Of a DNA stretch of 22,255 nt, positions 14,838 to 22,255 are shown piece by piece. The stretch is taken from NCBI GenBank assembly GCA_034189185.1, contig JAXHVM010000014.1, forward strand, positions 1-22,255, in the 5' to 3' direction. This DNA comes from Deferribacterota bacterium (GTDB taxonomy: Bacteria; Chrysiogenota; Deferribacteres; Deferribacterales; UBA228). The position numbers were made by a program, and so were the translations under genes. The notes beneath the pieces are model-generated. The model was not told the DNA's origin. It ran no database searches and saw nothing but the letters and a program-made list of their open reading frames with translations. Within the stretch, counting starts at the first letter, position 1, and every line of letters starts with the position of its first letter.

Positions 14838-15863
14838 GTGGCAAAAAATTATAAACAATTTCTTAAGAAAAAACTATATTTAGGACTCCTTTTAACTATC
14901 TTACTATTTATTTCTATAGTTATATCATTAAATACTGGAAGCATAGAAATAGATTTAAAACAATTCACAAATCTGATATTTCATTTTAGAGAAGATCAAG
15001 TTTTCACACATATACTAATTAATATTAGATTACCAAGGATTTTTAATGCAATCCTTGCAGGCGCTTCTCTGTCAATCTCTGGAGCTATATTACAAAATCT
15101 ATTAAAAAATCCACTGGCTTCCCCTTTTACTCTTGGCATATCACATGGTGCTGTTTTCGGTGCAGCTCTTGCTATTACACTAAAATCCTATATTCCATTT
15201 GGAAATAGTTCATGTGCAATCATTATATTTGCCTTTGTCTTTGCAATAATAACGATGTTAATAATTTTGCTAATTACAGCCATAAAAGGTTTATATGCAT
15301 ATGTTGTAATACTTGCAGGTGTGGCATTAAATTCACTTTTTGCATCTCTAACAATGTTATTACAATATTTTAGCACAGATGAGGAAATAGCAGCTATTGT
15401 CTTTTGGACATTTGGTGATTTAAATAAAACCCTATGGAGTGATATCTATTTAATGTCACTAATTATTATTCCTATTATAGTATATCAAATATTCATAAGC
15501 CCTAAATATAACATTACTATTTGGGATGATGATACAGCAATGAGTTTAGGGATAAACATCAAGCTATTTAAAACTGTAGGGGTTATTTCATCCTGCCTTA
15601 TAACAGCTGCAGTTATATCATTTATGGGGATAATAGGTTTTATTGGCCTAATATCCCCTCATATAATTAGATTGGTTATAGGTAATGATCATAGATTTTT
15701 ACTTATTTATTCTGCTATATTGGGAAGTATAATACTTTTACTATCAGATATGATCGGCAGGGTTGTTTTAGCCCCAGCAATAATCCCTGTAGGCATTATA
15801 ACATCCCTTTTAGGTGTGCCTATATTTTTATATATATTACTTAGAAATAAAGGAATTTCGTAG
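14838..15863 (+). CDS. FecCD-family iron-chelate / B12 ABC transporter permease.
   Basis: The 341-aa protein is predicted to have about 9-10 TM helices. It has conserved FecCD motifs (..RLPRI..A.L.GA.L..SGA.LQ...NPLASP..LG.S.GA..). Confidence 0.85.
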   Translation: MAKNYKQFLKKKLYLGLLLTILLFISIVISLNTGSIEIDLKQFTNLIFHFREDQVFTHILINIRLPRIFNAILAGASLSISGAILQNLLKNPLASPFTLGISHGAVFGAALAITLKSYIPFGNSSCAIIIFAFVFAIITMLIILLITAIKGLYAYVVILAGVALNSLFASLTMLLQYFSTDEEIAAIVFWTFGDLNKTLWSDIYLMSLIIIPIIVYQIFISPKYNITIWDDDTAMSLGINIKLFKTVGVISSCLITAAVISFMGIIGFIGLISPHIIRLVIGNDHRFLLIYSAILGSIILLLSDMIGRVVLAPAIIPVGIITSLLGVPIFLYILLRNKGIS

Positions 15864-16615
15864 TGTTAAAAGTAAAAGATATAGAATTTTCTTATAAAAA
15901 TAACAAAGTCTTAAACAATGTATCCTTTAATAGTGATTATGGATATATTACAACAATTTTGGGCAAAAATGGCTCTGGAAAAACAACACTTATTAAGATT
16001 ATTAACAGGTTATTAAAACCTCAAAGGGGAGATATTTTTATTGAAAATAAAAAAATAAATAAATTAAAAAGATATGAACTGTCCAAAAAAATTGGATATT
16101 GTCCACAGTATAGCTACATTCCAGAAACAACTGTTTTTGAAACAATACTAGCAGGAAAATTTTTACAGACAAGATGGTTTATTAACAAAAAAGATATAGA
16201 AAGCGTTAATGAGATAATAGATTTTCTTGGATTAACTAACATTTCATTTAAAAGCATTAACCAAATTAGCGGTGGTGAACTACAAAAGGTAATAATAGCT
16301 AGAGCAATAATCTCCAAACCAAAGATACTACTCCTTGATGAGCCAATTAATCATTTAGATATAAAAAATCAACATGAGATTATGCAGCTACTTTATAAAA
16401 TAACAAAAACATTAAACATTAATACTATAATAGTATTACACGATATAAACATTGCACTAAGATATGGGGAAAAATTCATTGTCCTAAAGAATGGTCATAT
16501 CATAGTTTCAGGAGACAAGAAAGATATAACAGAAAATATTATTAAAGAGGCCTATAATATAAATGTAAAGATAATTGATTTTAACGGTATTCCCTTAGTT
16601 GTTCCTTTTAATTAA
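15863..16615 (+). CDS. ABC transporter ATP-binding protein (FepC/BtuD-like).
   Basis: It has Walker A GKNGSGKTT, the ABC signature ISGGELQKV, Walker B LLLDEP, and an H-loop HDIN. Its start codon overlaps the permease stop. Confidence 0.85.
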   Translation: MLKVKDIEFSYKNNKVLNNVSFNSDYGYITTILGKNGSGKTTLIKIINRLLKPQRGDIFIENKKINKLKRYELSKKIGYCPQYSYIPETTVFETILAGKFLQTRWFINKKDIESVNEIIDFLGLTNISFKSINQISGGELQKVIIARAIISKPKILLLDEPINHLDIKNQHEIMQLLYKITKTLNINTIIVLHDINIALRYGEKFIVLKNGHIIVSGDKKDITENIIKEAYNINVKIIDFNGIPLVVPFN

Positions 16616-18123
16616 GCAACACCAGTGTCTTTTTTATGAAACCAACCTGAAAAAATACCAACAACTACAAAAAAGAGGGTAATTGAAAGCATTATTAAAC
16701 AAAACCAATATGGACCTGCTGTCAGTATCAAAAGTGGAGACAAGGCAGTAACAAAACCACCGCCGAAAAATGGCTCATAAGCAAGCTGCTTAATCCCAAA
16801 AGCCTCCAAGGCCTCAGTTTTAAAACCTGGATCCACAATCCTAAGCAGACATAAGCCCATAGCTGTCACACCTGTCTGCATCCCAAATTCAACCATTGCT
16901 TTCTCAAACCATGAGCCAGTTAACATGCGAGGAGCAATAAACCAAGTAGCAAATACAATATAAGATGCTACAGCTAAAAGGAGTATAAAAAATGGTACAA
17001 AATATGCAATAACTACAGGTATACTTATACTAGCAATTGCACTAACTACTAAGAAATCTAGGGCAACACCCTGAATCCTCTCGATTGTATTTCTATCAAT
17101 AATATCAACAATCCCAAAGGATTTTAAAAAAAACTGCAAGATTACCCCACCAATCATTGCAAGGGGGAATGTTGGAACAGCATCAAAGGCTGTGGCTACG
17201 AGAGTTTTTCCTGTAATATTTGATAAAAAAATACCTAACAAGGCCAATAGGTCATCAATAATATAACCAATAGCTACAGCAATAAAAACTAAGGCTACGT
17301 GAAAAGCAAAGGGCTCAATTGATTCAGGAGATACTGTTGCCTCAGCAATTGTATATTTTTTATCATAGGGGATAACCCCTACCCTCACCTCTTCAGGCAA
17401 CTCCTTTGGTTCTTTCAACCTTTTACAATAACCCTTTTTTGCACCTATATTTATTAAAATAATACCAACTATTGAAGCAATTAAAACCCCAACAGTTGCT
17501 GAAGTCATTAATAGGTCAGCGCCTTCTGGAAAGGACCAATTTAAACCAGGGTAACCCTCTCTAAAGGATGGAGCCATCCCGCCAGCAGTACCATGCCCCC
17601 CACAAAAACCAATTGCCGCAAATGTTGCAAAGGTTGGGTCCACTCCAAATAGTGGTCCTAGCAAAAAAATAACCAATAATCCACCTATAAAGTGTTGCAT
17701 TGGCCCACCTACCATTGTTCCATAGGCAAATTGTCTGCCCCCTAGATTCCACATTTTCTTTATTGACGGCAGGGTTATACCAATAAACATTGCTGCAAAA
17801 ACAACATCAATAAATCTACCAGGGAATGATGAAAAACCGATCCTAATATTACTCAATAAATTTAAAAAGACATCATTTTTACCAGGATAAACTGCTCCCA
17901 ATATAAAGGGGCCACAAATTAGACCGACAAATCCCCCAATAATACTAGCGGGTATAAAAAAATCTTGCAGAATTTTTACCCTCACCCTCAAAACCTTTCC
18001 AATTATTAAAAAAATTGATAAAAGGCAAAGATAAGCAAAAAAAGTGTTTAAATTATCGCTTATAAAAACATTTCCAAGCCACTCTATAGTTTTCACTTTG
18101 CACCCCTTTAATAGCTGCAGCAA
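16612..18123 (-). CDS. GltS/ESS-family Na+/glutamate symporter-like membrane transporter.
   Basis: The 503-aa protein is a polytopic membrane protein. Its N-terminal ..FIPASIIGGFVGL.. resembles GltS ..TIPEPVAGGLLVAL.. The GGHGTAGG motif matches the GltS SGGHGTGA motif. Its stop overlaps the convergent ATPase stop in a shared TTAA at 16612..16615. Confidence 0.55.
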   Translation of the reverse strand: MLQLLKGCKVKTIEWLGNVFISDNLNTFFAYLCLLSIFLIIGKVLRVRVKILQDFFIPASIIGGFVGLICGPFILGAVYPGKNDVFLNLLSNIRIGFSSFPGRFIDVVFAAMFIGITLPSIKKMWNLGGRQFAYGTMVGGPMQHFIGGLLVIFLLGPLFGVDPTFATFAAIGFCGGHGTAGGMAPSFREGYPGLNWSFPEGADLLMTSATVGVLIASIVGIILINIGAKKGYCKRLKEPKELPEEVRVGVIPYDKKYTIAEATVSPESIEPFAFHVALVFIAVAIGYIIDDLLALLGIFLSNITGKTLVATAFDAVPTFPLAMIGGVILQFFLKSFGIVDIIDRNTIERIQGVALDFLVVSAIASISIPVVIAYFVPFFILLLAVASYIVFATWFIAPRMLTGSWFEKAMVEFGMQTGVTAMGLCLLRIVDPGFKTEALEAFGIKQLAYEPFFGGGFVTALSPLLILTAGPYWFCLIMLSITLFFVVVGIFSGWFHKKDTGVA

Positions 18124-18163
18124 ATTTTATAAAGTTTTATATATCAAATAGAACTTTAGTTTA

Positions 18164-19450
18164 TTATTTTTTTAATCTTATTTCAATAGATTTTTTATGA
18201 GCTTGTAGATTTTCATGGTCTGCCAAGGTTATAATATGTTGAGCATCTCTTTGAAGGGCTTCCCTTGAATATTTAATAAGGGATGTCCTTTTAATAAAAT
18301 CATAGACACCTAAAGGTGAAAAAAACCTGGCGCTCCCTGTTGTTGGCAGTGTATGGTTTGGTCCTGCTATATAATCTCCAACAGCATTAGGTGAATAATT
18401 ACCAATAAAAACAGCCCCCGCATTTCTAACTAAAGATATATAATCTAAGGGATTATTTATCTGTAATTCTAAGTGCTCAGGAGCTATTTCATTAGCTATA
18501 TCAAAAGCTGCTTCAATATTGTCAAAGACAATAATGCCACCAAAATTATTTAATGCAACTTTTGCAATATCTAATTTTGGTATATATCTTAATTGCTCAT
18601 TTACTTGTTCTTCAATTAATCTTGCATGTCTTTCAGTTGTTGTAAAACACAACACCAATGCTAATTCATCATGCTCAGCCTGCGCTAGCATATCAGCAGC
18701 TACATATATAGGGTCAGAATTCTCATCTGCTATAATAACTAGTTCTGTTGGCCCAGCTATCATATCAATATCTACTGTGCCAAAGACAATCTTTTTTGCC
18801 AAAGAAACAAATATATTTCCTGGTCCAACTATTTTATCTACTTTGGGCACACTTTCTGTGCCATAGGCAAATGCTCCTACTGCTTGGGCCCCACCTAAGC
18901 TATAAACACGGCTGACACCTGCTATATATGCTGCAGCCATAACAATATCGTTAATCTTACCTTTAACAAAAGGGGTAGCTAGATATATATCCTTAACACC
19001 TGCAACCTTTGCAGGAACAACATTCATTATAACACTTGTAGGATATGATGCCTTTCCGCCAGGTGTGTAGACGCCAACTTTTTCAATTGGAGTTATTAAC
19101 TCGCCTAATAAAACGCCGTCTTTTTCCCTGCTTATAAATGAATTTGTTAATTGATATCTGTGAAATTTTTCAATATGGTCCTTACAATACTCTAAAGATT
19201 TAATAGAAAAATCATCTTGCTTATCATAAAATCTTTTTAAATCACCATGGGTCAAATAAAATTTATCACCTAGCTCATAACCATCAAATTCAGCAGTATA
19301 CTCAGCTAACGCTTTATCGCCAAATTTCCTAACCTCATTAAGTATCTCTGATACTTTATCTAAATATTTCTCTTCTAGCAAATACCCCCTATTTAAAATC
19401 CTTTTTATTTTATCGCTATATCTATCAATAATAAGATCTAGTTTATCCAT
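18164..19450 (-). CDS. hisD: Histidinol dehydrogenase.
   Basis: It has the Zn/NAD motifs ..GGAQAVGAFAYGTESVPKVDKIVGPGNIFV.., IAGPTE and QAEHDE. I prefer the ATG at 19450..19448, with a GAGGA RBS 6 nt upstream, over the track's TTG at 19462. Confidence 0.9.
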   Translation of the reverse strand: MDKLDLIIDRYSDKIKRILNRGYLLEEKYLDKVSEILNEVRKFGDKALAEYTAEFDGYELGDKFYLTHGDLKRFYDKQDDFSIKSLEYCKDHIEKFHRYQLTNSFISREKDGVLLGELITPIEKVGVYTPGGKASYPTSVIMNVVPAKVAGVKDIYLATPFVKGKINDIVMAAAYIAGVSRVYSLGGAQAVGAFAYGTESVPKVDKIVGPGNIFVSLAKKIVFGTVDIDMIAGPTELVIIADENSDPIYVAADMLAQAEHDELALVLCFTTTERHARLIEEQVNEQLRYIPKLDIAKVALNNFGGIIVFDNIEAAFDIANEIAPEHLELQINNPLDYISLVRNAGAVFIGNYSPNAVGDYIAGPNHTLPTTGSARFFSPLGVYDFIKRTSLIKYSREALQRDAQHIITLADHENLQAHKKSIEIRLKK

Positions 19451-19451
19451 A

Positions 19452-20360
19452 TTAATCCTCAATATAGATTTTATAATTTATCTTATTTTTGTTTGTATAA
19501 TTATCTATTTTCTCTTTAACTAAATTAATAGTGGACTCAATTTTTTTTGGAATTTTCTCAGCAGTTAGTAAATATATTGTATCAAGAAATGCTGCATACA
19601 CATAGTCTACATTATCTAATTCTAATAAGTTATTATATAAATATTCAGTTATATCAATAGAACTAATTAAACTATTATATTTTGAAGCATTATAATCTAA
19701 CTTTAAAATAATCTTAGTATATGAATTATTTATATTATCTAAGTTTCTAAAAATAATGCTTTCTGGATTTTGTGAATAAAAACTATTTTTTTTCAAATAT
19801 TCTATTTTTTTCTCTGCCATATTTAACTTATTTAAATGCTGCAGGATATATCCCACCTTAATAGATAAGTCTTTAATAAAGTCAGCTGCAAAACCTTCAT
19901 TAAATTTACCTTTTGTATAATTATAAAAATTAAGGCTAGAAATAATATTGCCTTTTTTAATAATTGGCATTATTAAATATTCTCTCACACCTTTAACTAA
20001 GTTAAATTCAGCAGTCAAATTATAAGAGCTCTCCCCTATAAAGGGTTTTGCCTTAAAAAAGAAATACTCAAAGGCTTTTCTATTATAAAAAACAATTCTT
20101 TTATATTTTTTTCTCTCTAAAAGATAGGGTAGCTCATCAATATTTATAAATAGATAGACTTTATCTATAGAAAATATTTCCTCAATATAAGCCAAAGGCC
20201 CATCATCAATATAGTTAAGTGACTCAGCCATTAATAAAGTATACTCAATTGTTTTAAGTCCCCAGTTTTTAATATCATTTTCTTTAACAAGCCCAATTAT
20301 ATCTTTTAATCTCTGTTTTAATTCGCTATGTTCTTTTAAAAGATCTATGACTTTACTCAT
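19452..20360 (-). CDS. Hypothetical protein (302 aa, Lys/Asn/Tyr-rich) with no domain I can recognise.
   Basis: The ORF is long and open in an AT-rich genome. It sits 1 nt from the hisD start and overlaps the polA stop by 4 nt, so the three genes are translationally coupled in an operon. Confidence 0.5.
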   Translation of the reverse strand: MSKVIDLLKEHSELKQRLKDIIGLVKENDIKNWGLKTIEYTLLMAESLNYIDDGPLAYIEEIFSIDKVYLFINIDELPYLLERKKYKRIVFYNRKAFEYFFFKAKPFIGESSYNLTAEFNLVKGVREYLIMPIIKKGNIISSLNFYNYTKGKFNEGFAADFIKDLSIKVGYILQHLNKLNMAEKKIEYLKKNSFYSQNPESIIFRNLDNINNSYTKIILKLDYNASKYNSLISSIDITEYLYNNLLELDNVDYVYAAFLDTIYLLTAEKIPKKIESTINLVKEKIDNYTNKNKINYKIYIED

Positions 20361-22255
20361 ACCTTTAATGCACCTAAATTTTTGCCTACTCCACTATTAA
20401 CAACTAAAGCTACTTCTAAATTAGCGGCACTCTCCATAATAGCCTTGATCCCCTTCGTAGCTATCTCAACAACATCATCTGATACTTCCACTATTAGCTC
20501 ATCATGTATTTGGAGTAATAGCCTTGCATCATAAGATCTTTCTTTTATAAATTCACTTGTTTTTATCATTGCAAGCTTAATTATGTCTGCAGCAGAACCC
20601 TGTATAGGCGCATTTATAGCAACTCTTTCAGCTTTCTTGCGAATAAGATTATTTCTACTAGAAATATCTTTTATATACCTGCGCCTTTTAAATATTGTTT
20701 CTGTATAGCCATTCTTTCTTGCTAATTCAACAATTCTATTAATATAGGTTTTTACTTTAGGATATAATGTAAAATATCTATTTATAAATTCTTTAGCCTC
20801 ACTTTGAGAAATACCTATCTCTTTAGATAATCCATAGGGGGATAAGCCATATATTATACCAAAGTTTATTGCCTTTGCTATTCTTCTCATATCAGGACTT
20901 ACTAAACTTAGATCCCCTAAATTAAAAATCATTTTTGCTGTTAAACTATGTATGTCATAACCTTTTTGAAAAGCAGTGACAAGATTTTCATCCTTTGATA
21001 AATGAGCTAATATCCTTAATTCTATTTGTGAATAGTCAAAGGATACAAAAGAACAACCTTCTTCCGAAATAAAAGCTGACCTTATACTTTTAGCTAGCTC
21101 ACCTCTTTGTGGTATGTTTTGTAAATTAGGATTATTCGATGATAATCTACCTGTCGCAGTACCAGTCTGTCTAAACTCTGTATGTATCCTACCAGTTTTT
21201 TCATCTATATAAGTAACCAATTTTTTTGTATATGTTGTTAACAATTTATTTATTTCACGATATTGTAATATATCATCTATGAGATGTTTATAATTAGGAT
21301 ATTTTATAATTATCTCCTTTAGTGAGTCCTCAGATGTTGATAAACCTGTTTTTGTTTTTTGAACAGGTTTAATACCAAGTCTATTATATAAAACATCAGA
21401 TAATTGTTTTGGAGAATTTAAGTTTATGTCACAATCTAAATACTCTAAAATCCTCTTTTCAAGTTTATTTTTTGTCTTTTCAATTTCTAAAGATATTCCA
21501 TTTAGCTTTTCTCTGTCTATCTTAATGCCAGTTAACTCCATCTCAGCAAGTATCACAATAACTTTTCTCTCAATTGTAGTATATATCTCTAATAAATTTT
21601 TTTTCTTTAAATCCTCAATCTCTAAGGGAAAAACCCTTATCACTTTTGATATAAAGCTATCAATATTTTCATCCTTTGATTTTACTAAACCCTTTGTATC
21701 TGGATCATTAAGCCAACTTATCACAGCCAAATCATAATAGTCATCCACTATTTTTCTATACTTCTTATATATATTTTTAAAATCATAGAAATATTTACAA
21801 GCTTCAATATTAAAAGAATTAACTATATCAACCTTAGATTTTTCAACCTTATATATTTTATTATCAACATAAATTACAACAGTATAGGCGTTTTCTAATT
21901 TTTCTACACTCATATTACCCAAGTCTTCTTTAAAAAGCCTATTATACAATGTATGTAACTCTAAAGCCTCAAGCTCTTTTTTTAATTCTTCTCTTTGCTC
22001 TTTAGTTTCAATTAATTTTAGATTTTCAATAATTTTAAGTTCTGTTAAACTCTTCGATAAATACGCTATTTCTTTACCAACTAACAATTTTTCCTTAACA
22101 GAGCCTTTTATTTTATCAATATTGGCATAGATATCATCTAAAGAATTAAATTCTCTAAGTAGTTTTTTTGCTGTTACATTCCCAATCCCTTTAACGCCTG
22201 GTATGTTATCTGAGGCATCCCCAGTTAAAGCCAAAAAATCGGGAATTTGATTTGA
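20357..22255 (-). CDS. polA: DNA polymerase I. The 5'-nuclease H3TH region and the polymerase domain are present. The N-terminus runs off the window end.
   Basis: Motifs present: LTGDASDNIPGVKGIG (5'-nuclease helix-3-turn-helix), RIHTEFRQTGTATGRLSSNNPNLQNIP (polymerase motif A region), KAINFGIIYGLS (motif B) and LLLQIHDELIVE (motif C). The reading frame is open all the way to position 22255. Confidence 0.9.
   Translation of the reverse strand, partial: SNQIPDFLALTGDASDNIPGVKGIGNVTAKKLLREFNSLDDIYANIDKIKGSVKEKLLVGKEIAYLSKSLTELKIIENLKLIETKEQREELKKELEALELHTLYNRLFKEDLGNMSVEKLENAYTVVIYVDNKIYKVEKSKVDIVNSFNIEACKYFYDFKNIYKKYRKIVDDYYDLAVISWLNDPDTKGLVKSKDENIDSFISKVIRVFPLEIEDLKKKNLLEIYTTIERKVIVILAEMELTGIKIDREKLNGISLEIEKTKNKLEKRILEYLDCDINLNSPKQLSDVLYNRLGIKPVQKTKTGLSTSEDSLKEIIIKYPNYKHLIDDILQYREINKLLTTYTKKLVTYIDEKTGRIHTEFRQTGTATGRLSSNNPNLQNIPQRGELAKSIRSAFISEEGCSFVSFDYSQIELRILAHLSKDENLVTAFQKGYDIHSLTAKMIFNLGDLSLVSPDMRRIAKAINFGIIYGLSPYGLSKEIGISQSEAKEFINRYFTLYPKVKTYINRIVELARKNGYTETIFKRRRYIKDISSRNNLIRKKAERVAINAPIQGSAADIIKLAMIKTSEFIKERSYDARLLLQIHDELIVEVSDDVVEIATKGIKAIMESAANLEVALVVNSGVGKNLGALKV

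Noticed and set aside
1-22255. tRNA, rRNA or other structured RNA genes.
   Set aside because: I found no cloverleaf-compatible segments with the conserved GTTC/T-loop motifs. All intergenic regions are short or are AT-rich promoter DNA.

Overview
This is an AT-rich (roughly 30% GC) bacterial chromosomal window with about 22 protein-coding genes on both strands. The codon usage and the high density of radical SAM / Fe-S proteins suggest an anaerobe, possibly thermophilic, which is an inference. I found no rRNA, tRNA, CRISPR array or intact mobile element. Contents from left to right: (1) A partial transketolase runs off the 5' window edge on the minus strand and is absent from the ORF track. 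(2) A cluster of Fe-S and radical SAM genes: an Mrp/NBP35-like P-loop ATPase that lacks the usual CxxC, a CxxxCxxC radical SAM protein, a DUF1847-like Cys-rich protein, a convergent radical SAM protein with a C-terminal Cys-rich SPASM/twitch-like domain, a C_GCAxxG_C_C family protein, a radical-SAM-fold protein with a non-canonical Cx4Cx2C motif, and a small FmdB zinc-ribbon ORF that the track missed. (3) A metallo-beta-lactamase-fold hydrolase (MBL) and a SAM-dependent methyltransferase, in an operon. (4) A family-1 encapsulin shell gene preceded by an encapsulated ferritin-like cargo gene (EncFtn) whose product ends in a textbook targeting peptide (SLNIGKLK). (5) A diverged ~1.15-kb tandem duplication carrying two peroxiredoxin genes. 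The copy next to the encapsulin has an in-frame TGA exactly at the peroxidatic Cys codon, the rest of its reading frame is intact and canonical, and a small hairpin follows the TGA. I interpret this as a candidate selenocysteine peroxiredoxin (PrxU-like) next to its Cys paralogue. The alternative reading is a very recent nonsense pseudogene. (6) An acyl-ACP-thioesterase-like gene and an iron-chelate/B12-type ABC importer (binding protein, permease, ATPase). (7) A GltS-like Na+/glutamate symporter. (8) hisD, a 302-aa hypothetical protein, and a partial polA that runs off the 3' edge. The two things most worth following up are the putative selenoprotein/Cys-paralogue peroxiredoxin pair created by tandem duplication, and the uncharacterised radical SAM / SPASM / DUF1847 / Mrp-like cluster, which has no visible precursor peptide. 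All calls come from reading the sequence and from remembered family motifs; I ran no database search.
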